Below are positions 49,806 to 61,936 of a DNA stretch of 64,000 nucleotides, piece after piece (position 1 is the first letter of the stretch; each line of letters opens with the position of its first letter). Both the position numbers and the translations under genes were made by a program. A model generated the notes under the pieces. The model was not told the origin of the DNA and did not search any database. It saw nothing but the letters and a program-made list of their open reading frames with translations. Origin of the DNA: Xylographa opegraphella (lineage: Eukaryota); contig JALDZX010000005.1 in NCBI GenBank assembly GCA_022813865.1, forward strand, positions 186,001 through 250,000. The letters run 5' to 3'.

Positions 49806-52800
49806 ATGGCTCCGTCAGCTACTACCGCGCCAACGGACACCAACTGGACCCATGAGTTCGATACCGTACGACGCGAGAAGCTCTTTCGGAACCCCCCCGA
49901 AGACCGAACGCCATATCCGCTGCTCGCCGAGACCATCAGACCTCACATCGACTCCTTCAATGCCATCTTCGAGAATAATAAGCTCATCGATGCTGCCCTG
50001 AAGGATATCGGGACCAGGGTCTTCCTGCAGCCCGATGAAACACCCCAGCAGCGATCCGCCAGGGAGCAGGAAGGCCGACCTTCGCGCAAGAAAGACCGGC
50101 TGAGTATCCGGATACGGGATGTCTTCCTGGAAAAGGCAGTCTTGCCAAGCAATAACAAGTTCAGCACCAAGAATCGAGACATCTATCCCAGCGAGTGTCG
50201 AGAAAGGCACGCTAGCTACCGTGGCAAGTTGAGGGCCAGGATCGGTTATAGGATCAACAATGGAGACTGGCAGGACGCCGTGCGTGAGCTGGGACAGATT
50301 CCCATTATGCTCCGTAGCAACAAGTGCCACCTGGAGAAGTTCACGCCAGCCAAGTTGGTGGAACGGAAAGAGGAGGCTGAGGAGCTGGGTGGCTATTTCA
50401 TCATCAATGGCAACGAGAAACTCATCCGCCTCTTGATAGTCTCGAAGAGGAACTATCCTATGGCTATCATCCGAAATTCCTTCATCGGACGAGGTGCGGG
50501 TTACACCAAGTTTGGCATACAGATCAGATCTGTGCGTCCAGATCAAACTTCTCAGACGAACGTCCTTCATTATCTGAGTGACGGGAACATCACCTTCCGT
50601 TTCTCGTGGAAGAAAAATGAATATCTTGTTCCAGTCATGATGATACTCAAAGCTCTAACAGAAACTAATGACAGAGAAGTATTCGAGGGACTTGTGGGTG
50701 CCGCGGGCTCCAAAGGTGTCGAGAACACGTTCATGACAGATCGAGTTGAACTGCTCCTGCGGACATACAAAGCCTACCAACTGCACGGCAAGGCCAAGAC
50801 TCGGGCATACCTGGGTGAGAAATTCAAGACAGTACTTGATGTGCCTGAGAATATGCCCAATGAGGAAGCAGGTACCGAATTCCTTCGCAAAATTGTGCTC
50901 GTCCATTTGGGCAACGTCAACGTGACCGAAGCACAAGACGCTGATAAGTCCAAGATGCTACTATTCATGATTCGGAAATTGTACGCCCTGGTTGCGGGTG
51001 ATTGTGCGGTCGATAATCCCGATGCAGCCTCCAATCAAGAAATTCTGCTTGGAGGATTCCTGTACAGCATGATCTTGAAAGAGAAGCTGGAAGAGTGGAT
51101 CAGATCGATTGCTATAGCGCTCCGGTCTTGGTATGACAATAATGGTCGCAAGTCGTTTACGGACCCTGTGTTCCTCAAAGACTTTGGGCCAAAAATCATG
51201 AGAAGGTCAAGCGAGGCTATAGGAGGAGCTCTTGAGTACTTCATGTCTACAGGTAATTTATCTAGTCCATCGGGACTTGATCTGCAGCAGACATCAGGTT
51301 TTACCGTTGTAGCCGAGAAAATCAATTTTTTCAGATTCATCAGTCACTTTCGTATGGTGCATCGAGGAAGTTTCTTTGCTCAGCTCAAGACCACTACGGT
51401 CCGCAAACTGCTCCCAGAGAGCTGGGGCTTTCTATGTCCTGTCCACACTCCCGACGGAAGTCCCTGCGGCTTGCTGAACCATCTTGCCCATCAATGTAAA
51501 GTCACAACTCGTGATTCAGACGTGTCCAAATTGCCTGCTCTGCTTGCACAGATGGGGGTGACCTCGTCATCTTCCGCTTCTGTTGCCGACAGTGTTGTTG
51601 TACAGCTTGATGGCCGTATCCTAGGCTTCTGTCATCCCAAGCAAGCTCGCATAATTGCCGACACGCTGAGGTATTGGAAGGTGGAGGGAACACATGCGAT
51701 ACCGCTCGAACTCGAGATAGGCCATGTTCCAAATTCGAACGGTGGGCTTTATCCCGGTTTATACCTGTTTGCTCATGCGGCACGGATGATACGGCCAGTC
51801 ACATACCTTCTACTCGATAAGCAAGACTACGTCGGTCCCTTCGAGCAGCCATACATGTCCATCGCTTGCCGGCCTAATGAGCCCGAATCCAAGAACTCTA
51901 CTCATATGGAAGTCGCCCCGACCAATATCCTCTCCATCGTCGCCAACCAAACGCCCTTTTCCGACCACAATCAATCCCCCCGAAACATGTACCAATGCCA
52001 GATGGGAAAGCAAGCCATGGGAACCCCCGGTTCCGCCATCCGCTACCGCACTGACAACAAATCCTACCGTCTGCAAACCGGGCAGACCCCCATCGTCCGG
52101 CCACCACTCTTCAACGCATACGGTCTCGATAACTTCCCCAACGGCATGAATGCTGTTGTTGCCGTCATCTCGTACACTGGCTATGACATGGACGACGCCA
52201 TGATTCTCAACAAATCCGCGCACGAGCGCGGCTTCGGCCACGGAACCATCTACAAAACTAAAGTCGTGCACCTCGACGAAACCGGCAGGTCCGCTCGCTC
52301 CAAAAGAGCCATTTCCAAGCTCTTCGGCTTCGCTCCCAACTCCCGCGTCTCACCCTCCATCGCCCAGCATCTCGACCAGGACGGCCTGCCCTACATCGGC
52401 ACCATGCTCCAGGAGGGCGACGTCCTGTGCGCCTCTCACTCCGTCACCCACGACCCCGTCTCCAACACCTACATCAACCGCGACGCTATCACCACGCTCC
52501 ATAAGTACAAAGACGCCGAAACCGCCTTCGTCGAAGAGGTCCGCCTCCTCGGCGCCGAAAGCGGCGACCAGCCCTGCCAAGCCCTCTCCATCAAGCTGCG
52601 CATCCCACGCTCGCCCGTCATCGGCGACAAGTTCTCCTCGCGCCACGGGCAGAAGGGGGTGTGCTCGCAGAAGTGGCCGGCAGCCGACATGCCCTTCTCG
52701 GAGAGCGGGATCGTGCCGGACATCATCATCAACCCGCACGCGTTCCCGTCGCGGATGACGATCGGCATGTTCGTCGAGTCGCTCGCGGGCAAGGCCGGCG

Positions 52801-53465
52801 CCCTGCACGGCATCGCGCAGGACTCCTCCCCCTGGCGCTTCTCCGAGGCCTCGCCCGCGGGCGACTACTTCGGCGAGCAGCTCCGCGCCGCTGGCTACAA
52901 CTACCACGGCAACGAGCCGATGTACAGCGGCATCACGGGCCGCGAGTTCGCGGCCGACATCTACGTCGGTGTCGTCTTCTACCAGCGCCTGCGGCACATG
53001 GTCAACGACAAGTTCCAGGTCCGCACCACCGGGCCCGTCAACGCCCTCACGGGCCAGCCCATCAAGGGCCGCAGCAAGGGCGGCGGCATCCGCGTCGGCG
53101 AGATGGAGCGCGACGCCCTGCTCGCCCACGGCGCCGCCTATCTGCTGCAGGACCGCCTGCTCAACTGCAGCGACTACTGCCGCGCCTGGGTCTGCAAGGC
53201 GTGCGGCAGCTTCCTCAGCACGCAGCCGACCGTGGCGCCGGGCGGCAGGAAGGGCGCGAGAGGGACCGGCATCGTGAGGTGCAGGCGGTGCGCGCGCCCG
53301 GCGGCGGGCGGGGAGCAGAAGAGTCTCGTGTGGGAGGACGGCACGGGCGGGCGGTGGGTCGGCGGCGAAGAGACGACGGTCGTGGCCGTGCCGGGGGTGC
53401 TGCGCTACCTGGACGTGGAGCTGAGTGCGATGGGGGTGCGGATGCGCTTCAATATCGAGCCGTGA
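49806..53465 (+). CDS. RPA135: RNA polymerase I second-largest subunit (A135), intronless
   Basis: GGYFIINGNEK, VRKLLPESWGFLCPVHTPDGSPCGLLNH, SYTGYDMDDA, GDKFSSRHGQKG, GGIRVGEMERD and a C-terminal zinc site. Confidence 0.97.
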   Translation: MAPSATTAPTDTNWTHEFDTVRREKLFRNPPEDRTPYPLLAETIRPHIDSFNAIFENNKLIDAALKDIGTRVFLQPDETPQQRSAREQEGRPSRKKDRLSIRIRDVFLEKAVLPSNNKFSTKNRDIYPSECRERHASYRGKLRARIGYRINNGDWQDAVRELGQIPIMLRSNKCHLEKFTPAKLVERKEEAEELGGYFIINGNEKLIRLLIVSKRNYPMAIIRNSFIGRGAGYTKFGIQIRSVRPDQTSQTNVLHYLSDGNITFRFSWKKNEYLVPVMMILKALTETNDREVFEGLVGAAGSKGVENTFMTDRVELLLRTYKAYQLHGKAKTRAYLGEKFKTVLDVPENMPNEEAGTEFLRKIVLVHLGNVNVTEAQDADKSKMLLFMIRKLYALVAGDCAVDNPDAASNQEILLGGFLYSMILKEKLEEWIRSIAIALRSWYDNNGRKSFTDPVFLKDFGPKIMRRSSEAIGGALEYFMSTGNLSSPSGLDLQQTSGFTVVAEKINFFRFISHFRMVHRGSFFAQLKTTTVRKLLPESWGFLCPVHTPDGSPCGLLNHLAHQCKVTTRDSDVSKLPALLAQMGVTSSSSASVADSVVVQLDGRILGFCHPKQARIIADTLRYWKVEGTHAIPLELEIGHVPNSNGGLYPGLYLFAHAARMIRPVTYLLLDKQDYVGPFEQPYMSIACRPNEPESKNSTHMEVAPTNILSIVANQTPFSDHNQSPRNMYQCQMGKQAMGTPGSAIRYRTDNKSYRLQTGQTPIVRPPLFNAYGLDNFPNGMNAVVAVISYTGYDMDDAMILNKSAHERGFGHGTIYKTKVVHLDETGRSARSKRAISKLFGFAPNSRVSPSIAQHLDQDGLPYIGTMLQEGDVLCASHSVTHDPVSNTYINRDAITTLHKYKDAETAFVEEVRLLGAESGDQPCQALSIKLRIPRSPVIGDKFSSRHGQKGVCSQKWPAADMPFSESGIVPDIIINPHAFPSRMTIGMFVESLAGKAGALHGIAQDSSPWRFSEASPAGDYFGEQLRAAGYNYHGNEPMYSGITGREFAADIYVGVVFYQRLRHMVNDKFQVRTTGPVNALTGQPIKGRSKGGGIRVGEMERDALLAHGAAYLLQDRLLNCSDYCRAWVCKACGSFLSTQPTVAPGGRKGARGTGIVRCRRCARPAAGGEQKSLVWEDGTGGRWVGGEETTVVAVPGVLRYLDVELSAMGVRMRFNIEP

Positions 53466-53970
53466 GAGGGGACAAGCGCGCAGCGTTTTCGATGGAAATA
53501 ATCGGTCTCGGGCGGAAGCGGGTGCGCATATCTCGCTAGCCTGTTATCTCGCGCGGCATCGTAGATGCAGGCCAGTGACTGCAAAGGTGTCCTTGTTCAA
53601 CCCAGTAGATATCCCAGTTTCCGAACCGGGTGCCGACGTGTTTCTTCCATTCATTACCTTACCTCATCTATTCAATGACCACCCCATCTTCTAGTTAGCT
53701 AGCCCTCTCCTCTCTGCTCCCGCGGACGAAAACTCGTCACTCCCCTACAGCTCACTCCCTTTTCAATAGGGGAGGAATACCTCCGTCCAGCCATCTCGGC
53801 TACTAGAACCAGGGCATAAGGTACGGTAACTCTACGCCCCGCCACACTTACGCGCACGGGGTCCACCTGCCCCTCTTATGAACCTTACCGTCTGCATTTC
53901 ACTCCGTTTCAGCCCGTCAATGCCAAGCACCGCTGCCCAGACGTGGTCTCATATCCCCCTCCCCTCCCAT

Positions 53971-55042
53971 TCAACACCCCCATTCCCACCCCCACCCTTC
54001 CTCCACAGGTGACGACGCCCCCGTCGAGGGCGAGGGCGAGTCCGTGTTTAGAGACGAGGGCGGGCCGCTGTTGAGCGGGGAGAGCGGGGAGAGCGCGTTG
54101 GTGGGGGGCGGCTGTTGCTGCGTGGCGTAGATGGTAGGGATGTGGGTGAATGCGACGAAGATGTCGATGCTCGGGTCGGTGCTGGGGGAGGGGGTTTGTG
54201 GGGGAGCAGGTCTCTCAGCTTCCTCATCGACCGGAGAAGATTTGGTGAGTGTTCCAGGCACCTGCTTCAAAGGCACATGCGCGAACCTCCGCGTCGGAGC
54301 AAGATTCCGGTTGATACTCCCCCCAGAATATCGCTCGAGCAATGGTTCCGACCCCTCCGCCTCAGCCGACCGCGTCTCCTGACAAACACGCAAACCGTGC
54401 CGGCACTATTCCAGAAGTGAGCCCGGACACCGGCAACGCGTGTTCGAGAATAAGTCTACCGCTTACAGCTTTCTTACTCTTCCTGCACACCTCACACGCG
54501 CCCTTGCCGCGCACAATCGCGACCTCGGCTTTCCGCACAGGACTGTAGGACCGTCGTTTCGGGGCAACGGCCGGCTTCCCCGTCTCGAGCGAGAAGCATG
54601 ATTGGCCAGGGTATACGGTTCGAGAGCGAGACACCCATGGTCGCGAAGCGCGGTCGGGGAGGTTGAAGATACATTTCTCCACTAAACCCATTGACTGTTC
54701 TTGGACGCAAACGCTATCATCAGGGTTGCGAAGTTTGTGTGACGGATTTCTCACTGCGCCGGAGCTGTTTGTCTCCAAACCGCCGCCCTGAAAACCGCCA
54801 TTTCCCCCAACTGGCGGAGGTAGAGTGCCAGCGCTGTCGGTTAACGCCTCTGAAGACAGATGCGGACATAAAGGGCGCTGCAACCGAACATCCCGAACCG
54901 TGGGCTCCGGCAAGCTGAACGAAATGTCTTGTGAGTAACCATCTTGCCGATGATTACAGACCGAGCAGAAGTCGAAGATTTCTTGATTATAAGGTCCATC
55001 TCCACAAGAAGCGCAATACCAGAAGAGACGCGCGGAACTCAT
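53971..55042 (-). CDS. Putative zinc-finger regulator, paralogue B (WYCxxC..CxxC finger plus CxxC-x6-CxH motif), 2 exons
   Basis: MSSARLFWYCASCGDGPYNQEIFDFCSVCNHR..FSLETGKPAVAPKRR..RGKGACEVCRKSKKA | intron 54406-54466 | CRHGLRVC.. continuing into ORF 53971-54393. Confidence 0.75.
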
Positions 55043-55504
55043 AGTCGCGATGCCGCGTGAAGGGTCATGCATAGAATAGTTTGCGGCGCAATAAAACAAG
55101 AACTCATAACGATGCTTAATGTCACGAAGTGCGAGTAAGATTTCAATCATAGAAACTGAAGAACGACTGGAACTCTCATTATTATTATGTCAATGCGGCC
55201 TGACCGAGGTTCACCGATTCCCAAAAAGGAAATGGCGCATTCGTCCAATCATAATAATCCCCGATCGATTAGTTTCTCATCACTTCGCCGGGACGGTATC
55301 CACAGAGCGATTGGTTGAAATCCCTGAGACAAGATACATAGCATATTCAGGAGCATTTCCGAAAAGTCGTGAAGTAATTAATGAGACACAATTGGATTCA
55401 TAACGCAGACCAAGTCTATTAATACAAAATGAACCTCAATCTTGGCGGAAACGAAGATTGAGTCTATGTTGGCGCGAAGAGTAATGAGAAGCTTTGATGA
55501 GGTT

Positions 55505-57446
55505 TTACTGCGCGGTATACTCTTTACCACTGTTGTCCGATGGAGGTGTCAGGCTTGAGCCGCTAGTTGAATTCCCACTCTCCACGGAGAAACCTGAATG
55601 ACAGGGGACCTTCCGGCCAGCTTCCCAACTCAGATCAACATCCATCTCAGCAGACTTCTCGATATCATCATTGTCCAGCCATGGAAAGTCGCCGTAAAGA
55701 TTGAGGTCCCCAGGACCATACGGTTCCAGAAGCTCAATATCCGGTGTACTTTGTGACTGCTGTCGCGTTGCGATAGCCATTGAAAATGCCTGTCCCGGCA
55801 CAGTCGCCGGATTTGCTGGCGTATATGCTCCATACCATTGTGAGTAATCTTCGTCGAGTGTAACCTGGCTCTCAGTAGTTGTGTGGATTTCTCGCACCTG
55901 GTGACACTGAATATCCCGCGAGCTCTGAGGCGACTGTTCAGGACAGATAGCCCATGCGGAATCGCTCGGTCCCGTATCAGGAATGCCCATTAACATCGGT
56001 GTGTTCGCGGCTTGCGAGGCGACGTATTGCAACGGGTTGTGATCGTCGATACCTCTATTACCAGCTGTTCTTGTTTGAGAAAAACTTGGAGAAGCAGTAT
56101 GAGGATCGTGCTCGTGACTCGCATTATTGGCAATTGGCACCAACAATTGGTCCGCGCTGGTTCGTGTACCATTACACGGAGTGGTGTGTGTATTTCTGGC
56201 GTGCTCGCTGTTTGCAATCTCGGCCCTTCCAAGAAGATCGGGATAGTGAGGTCGGATTGGAAGAAAATGATCAAATTGATCGACATCCAGCGCGCGGGTA
56301 CCGTGGCCCAGTGTTGTTGCTATTTGACTCTCAGGCAGTACTTCCCGAGACAAGCTCGAACCCACCGGTATGCTTGGACCAGAAGTAGGCGACGTGGTAA
56401 GAGGGTCGACTCTGATACGTGTATAGTTGGACGTAGGAAGCTTCCGGGCTCTTCTGTCTCCGTACCGAATGCTCGATGTTCTCCGGTTCGGGGAGGTCGT
56501 GGTCTTTGTTTCTTCCGAAACACTTTCTTCGCCGGTGGAAATACTGTCAATCTCGTGTCTCCTACGCCTCGTTGGGTAGTCGAAAGCGGTTCGGTTTCGA
56601 GCACTTGCTATCGTCGTATCTTCTTGCTCCCGTAAGCGATGGAGGCACTTTGCTATTCAGTTAGCAACTGAATACTCTATGCGCCTGCAGCACGAGGCAA
56701 GTCTTGCTTACCTTCTTTTTCCGTGCTCTACACGAATCGCAAGCCCCTTTTCGCCTTGTATATGCTGTTTCAGACTTGCTTTTGGGGCTTAAAGGTCGTC
56801 TTGAAGGAGCTATTGCGGGCTCACCGGTCTCCAACGAGAAGCTGTGTTCACCAGGAAAGCGAATGCGCGCTGGAAAAATGATAATCTCTTCATATCTTGT
56901 ACTATAGCCAGTATTTTCCGGATGGAAAAGGTATCTTTGTAGCTGTGCTATTTTGTCCTCCGACCCAATGCGAAGAATGTTAGGTTCACACAAAGAATCG
57001 TCTTTCATTATCGGATTGATCGATGAGACGAGGCTGCTTTTGTCGCTCAAAGCAGAAGCAGGAAGTGTCTTGGGATTTCTGGTTTCAGGAACATTCAGAT
57101 TTGAGCTCGGTATGGTCGCAACGGATTTAACAATATCCACGTTTTCGTATTCTTCCGAAAGAGCAATGATATCCTTTGACGTAGGTATGCTAGGTTGTTC
57201 CATGGTGTTGTCGTCGTTTTTGATGTTATCTCGACTCGAAGGCTGTACCATACTTGCAGACTCGATGGTTCGTGAACTAAGGGTACTTTTCGGCGATGGT
57301 TCTCGCCAGCGGTCCTGGAGGTAAAAAATTTCCCCTCTTGTGTTGTGACTCCGCCGGCGATGACAAACATTACAATGGTCATTAAGGACTGCAGAGTGAG
57401 GGCCGTAGTCACACCATTCGCAGTACCAATGCACTCCTCGACGCAT
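55505..57446 (-). CDS. Putative zinc-finger regulator, paralogue A, 2 exons
   Basis: MRRGVHWYCEWCDYGPHSAVLNDHCNVCHRR..FSLETGEPAIAPSRR..RRKGACDSCRARKKK | intron 56648-56711 | CLHRL.. in frame with ORF 55505-56365 (acidic tail). Confidence 0.75.
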
Positions 57447-58636
57447 TACTCAAGCAACAGCCACAAATCTTGTGACAGTAAAGTAAATAATTCAATGACA
57501 AGCAATTAACAACGGAGATTTCGTGTAGAACTAGAAAGCATGTATATATATATAGGTGTAATAAGTTCATAGGATTATTCACCTTAAATAGAAATTCTTG
57601 TTTTAATTGTTGATCGGGATACCCATCTTCGCCGATAGCCGTAAATGGATTAGTTCAACTCGGCATAGATTGAACCAATAGCGCAGCGCCTGCGATACTC
57701 TTGTTTGCGATCTTCAATTTCATCATGGAGAACCGTACTAGGTTGCAAATTGACTGGTGATCGTTCGTCGCCAGGCAATTCCAGAGCTCTACCTTTTGAT
57801 GATGTTTTCAAACCCCTTAACGCCTGTGTGACGTTTCTCTGGCAGAACTCAGTTGACATAATGGCGGGATTGAGGACAACAAAGCCATGAAAGAGTGAAC
57901 AGAGAAAGCAGTTCGACGCCTCATATTGTACTTTGACAGGGGCTGTTAGATCAGTATTCATTGCGTTGGACGCTTTGCCTAGCATAGGGTATGCCAATGC
58001 CAAGTTCTGTATTGTGAATACCACGCTGGGAGACCCCTCAAGGTTGCCTCATTAGGCTGCCTTTCATGCGTATAGACTTGTGATAGATGGATATCAGTTG
58101 ATATAACAGTCTGAAGGACTATCTACCTTCGTAGAGTAGTAATCTATAAGAAGTGCACATATAAATTACTGTCCCAAAGTGATGGGAATTAAAATTATCC
58201 TAGATGTCTTAATGGGTCAAGCAAGAATTGGGTCATACAAACGATCACGGCAAAATAGTAGATCATTGTATCAGAGTTTCTGTCATTTAGAGAGCTGTCT
58301 GATCCTGGAGATGGTTCAGCACAACGAGGAAGAGATGTTTGACCGATGCGCTACCTGAGGCAGCCACAAACACTGTGGCTCAATCGTGATCTTAGTACCT
58401 TACGGTTTCGGCCTAGCGCGGCGATTCTGCCTACACGCCATTTATTGTTGTTGATAAAGAAAATAAACCCAAATCCCATCACTAGTCTGGACTCAGAGCA
58501 GGGAATCTGCTTCAGAAACCTCTGATATAGATCACTGACAGTTCTCTCTCTCTGACTGGTCTCCGATCGTGCGCGGGTTCAGTGTCTCAGCTGTCAGCAC
58601 GTCTCCACTGAAAGCTACGGAGCTTTCTTTCTCAAC

Positions 58637-60933
58637 ATGGGATCCGTTTCTGATGATGAGCTGGAGTACCTATCCCCTTCTTTCGATCCGGCCAAACTGA
58701 CAGTACCGAAAATCCGAGCCATCTTCGTGTCTCACGATATTCCATATCCTGCGTCTGCGAAGAAACCTGAGCTTATCGAGATCTTCAACCAACAGCTCGT
58801 CCCTAAATCGCGAACGATCTTGGCAGCCCGGTCTCGAATCTCAAGGACAGCCAGACGCATTGTTGATATGCCAAGTAGTGAGGAGAGTACGGTCAGTGGG
58901 GATACGGATGACACAGCGACGATGCCTCCACCACCGGAGCCCAGCACCTCGAGGAAAAGGAGATCAAGCACGCGTGCATCTACTGCAGACAGCGCGGAGA
59001 AGTATCCGGTTTCGACAAGAACGTCAAGCAGTCGAAAGAGTGCTGTAAAACACCCAAGAGCCTCAGATACTGAGGTCGACCCAGATACTGGTTTAGAGCA
59101 ACCAGTAGTCCGCAAAAGCCGCAAGAGTAATGTCACGCCAACGGTCAAGGTTGAAGAAGTCGAGAATCCAGCACGACGGACTTCCAGGCCACCTCTAGAA
59201 GCAAGTCCATTCAGCGACGAGAATCCTTTCCAAAAAGGCAGCTCGCCGTTATATTCGGAAGAGAAGAGGCGGAAAAGTGGAGGAACAAGTACTGATAAGA
59301 GAAAAAGCTCATCACGGCGAAGAACCATAGAGCCGAAAAGCAGCACAGAAACACCTGTGCCAAAACATCAAGATGGAACAGTGGTGCCATCGTCAGATAC
59401 CTTTAAAGCCCCTGTCGCGAAATATAAACCCCGGAAAGTGAATCCTGAACCGGTGGAAACCATCGAAGCAGGCGAGGAATTCACCGCCGAAGAGCAGCTC
59501 TCCCTAGAGGCCGAAAGAGCCGCCAACGGTGAGCAGGACCTCCTTCCTCCTCGGCGCATCAGTCGCTCCAAGCGCTCCACCAACGGCTTCCGCTCCGCCC
59601 CTTGGATCGTCCTCACTACGATCCTCGCTGGCTACGCTGCTTGGTATCGCAAAGAGAAGATTGAAGTCGGCTACTGCGGCATCGGCCAGTCCACTTTAGA
59701 CGGTCCCGTCGCTGAATTGCCCACTTGGGCTGCTATCCTGCAACCCCAATGCGAGCTATGCCCTAATAACGCATTTTGCTCTGCGAACATGGAGGTAGTA
59801 TGTGACAGCAAGTTCGTCCTCAAGCCGCACCCGCTTTCCCTCGGCGGATTGATTCCCTTAGCCCCAACATGCGAGCCGGACGGCGACAAGGGCCGCAAGA
59901 TCAAAGCCGTCGCCGACAAAGCCATCAACGTGCTCCGCGAACGTCGTGCCCAATGGGAATGCGACACCGTTATCGAGAAAGACGGCACGCCCGCCACCGC
60001 AGTCGAGATCAGCGAACCGGCCTTGAAAGCAGAAGTAAGCACCAAGCGCCGCAAAGGCATGACGGACGCGGAATTCGAAAAGCTCTGGGAAGACGCCATC
60101 GGCGAGATCCTCAGTCGCGAGGAAGTCACCGACTCCGGCGCCGACGGAAACGCGTACGTCCCCCCTCCCTATTTCCTCTCACCACCCATCCACCGTCTAC
60201 CGCACCCTTTTCTAACTCGCTCCTCACTAACCAGCTCCCCCCTCCGCCCTACAGAAGCCCTTCCCACAACGCGCACCCTCACCGTCTTGCGTCCTCCTCC
60301 CTCGCTCGCCTCCCCCTCACCTGCGCCCTCCGCCGCCGCACGCTCCGCACGCTGGCGCGCCATCGTCTCCAGCTTGGCCTTCTAACCGGCCTCACCACGC
60401 TCGCCCTCTACCTCCGCTCCCGCCTCCTGCGGCACCGCGCCGACGAGGCGCGCATCCCCGCGCTCGTGGCCTCGACGCTCGACCGGCTCGCCACGCAGGC
60501 GGTGCTGCACGCGCGCGGCGCGCAACCGGAGCCCTTCATCAGCGCCGGCCAGATGCGCGACGACGTGCTGCGCGACGAGTTCTCCATCCAGCGCCGCGAC
60601 GCCATCTGGAACAAGGTCCGGGCCGTCGTCGAAACGAACGCCAACGTGCGCGCGAGTGTCAGGGAGGGCCGCCTCGGCGAGGTCAGTCGTGTCTGGGAGT
60701 GGATCGGCAGCATCATGGCGCAGGAGGAGCGGCTGGACGCGGAGAGACGCGGGAATGATTGGCGCGCTGGCGACGCCGCTGCGAGGTATGGCTATGGGCA
60801 CGATACGGCGACGGAGAGGGAGAGGGAAGCGCCGCGCCCGGAGTGCATTGGTGCCGCGAGGCGGTGGGGGGAGGACACCCCCGAGGGGGAGGGCAATCGC
60901 AGGAGGTGGGATGAGGGCCTCTCGGTGGTGTGA
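58637..60933 (+). CDS. SRC1: Inner nuclear membrane LEM-like protein Src1/Heh1 (HeH + MSC domains), 2 exons
   Basis: YLSPSFDPAKLTVPKIRAIFVSHDIPYPASAKKPELI (HeH), FSDENPFQKG, WYRKEKIEVGYCG, PTCEPD, intron ~60154-60254, VETNANVRASVRE..VWEWIG. Confidence 0.92.
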
Positions 60934-61808
60934 TGGCCTGGGTCGGGCGGGACGGCGTTTGCAGGATATGACTGGCGGGCGGGCGTGCTTTGCGGGTGCG
61001 GGTGCGTGTGCTCATCAGGGTCAGGGTGTTTCGAGCGCTCCCTGGTTACCGTACCTACCTTACCTTACCTACTCTTCAGCGTCTTGCGAAGTACTTTTTA
61101 ATCAGTTATATTGAAACTAATCACTAGGCGCAGGTAATGGCAGCAGGTAACAGTGCATTGCTTAATCACTAAGAAGGTGAAGAGTTCTTCTGGANACGGG
61201 GCTCCAGAAGACTCCTCTAGTTCTGCACTAAGCTAGGCCTAATCCGCTATAGTAAAGGACCAACAACACAGACTGCTAACGCCCTGATTTTCAACAAGTT
61301 TCGTCAATCGCACCGCGTCGAGGGGAGGACGAACGTTCTCCTCGTGAGGTAGATCCCGATCCCGGATCCAATCCCCCGTCACGGCGCAGCGTCCCGCTCG
61401 TTGGGCTTCGGCTTGGCGCTTGGAGGGTTCGGAGCGTGGGAATGAGGGGTGGGATGGGCATGGGTGATGGAGATGAATAAATCTGCTTTAGGTCATGGAG
61501 GTTGGAATTTCAAGGATATATCCACGCCCCCCTCCCCCTTTTTGGGGGTTTTTTTTTCCCGGTGGACCATGTATGATCGACGATGCGTAGAAAGGCGCTT
61601 ACAAGACCTCACGCATTCGCAAACACACACGAGAACCACACAGGCAGTGATGAACGCACATCGACAATCGCAAACATCAATACATTTTCCGTCCCTCGCG
61701 GCACGGGTCCAAGATACAGAGAGAGAGACACACACAACGCTCCGCCAGCCCGCTCCCCCACGTGGCCCGATCCGAGCGCAACTGCTTCGCGCCCGCGACA
61801 CCCCAGGA

Positions 61809-61857
61809 GCAGTGGCACGTAGAATGCAGCAGTGGCACGTAGAATGCAGCAGTGGCA
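61809..61857. repeat. 20-bp tandem repeat (gcagtggcacgtagaatgca) x ~2.5 in the PDI 3' region
   Basis: Read directly in the sequence. Confidence 0.8.
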
Positions 61858-61936
61858 ATAGTCAGCCCACGAACTGGGTCTCGACTCTTACCTTCCACCC
61901 ACTCCCCAATCCTCCCCCTCCCTGTTCACTGCCACA

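Noticed and set aside
52350..53539. Long overlapping ORFs in the 3' part of RPA135
   Set aside because: Stop-poor frames in a GC island; low-complexity translations.
57650..58024. 124-aa minus-strand ORF upstream of the zinc-finger pair
   Set aside because: No motifs and a non-ATG start; probably intergenic.
61195..61195. Single ambiguous base (n)
   Set aside because: Assembly ambiguity with no biological meaning; it does show that some single-base lesions elsewhere could be errors.
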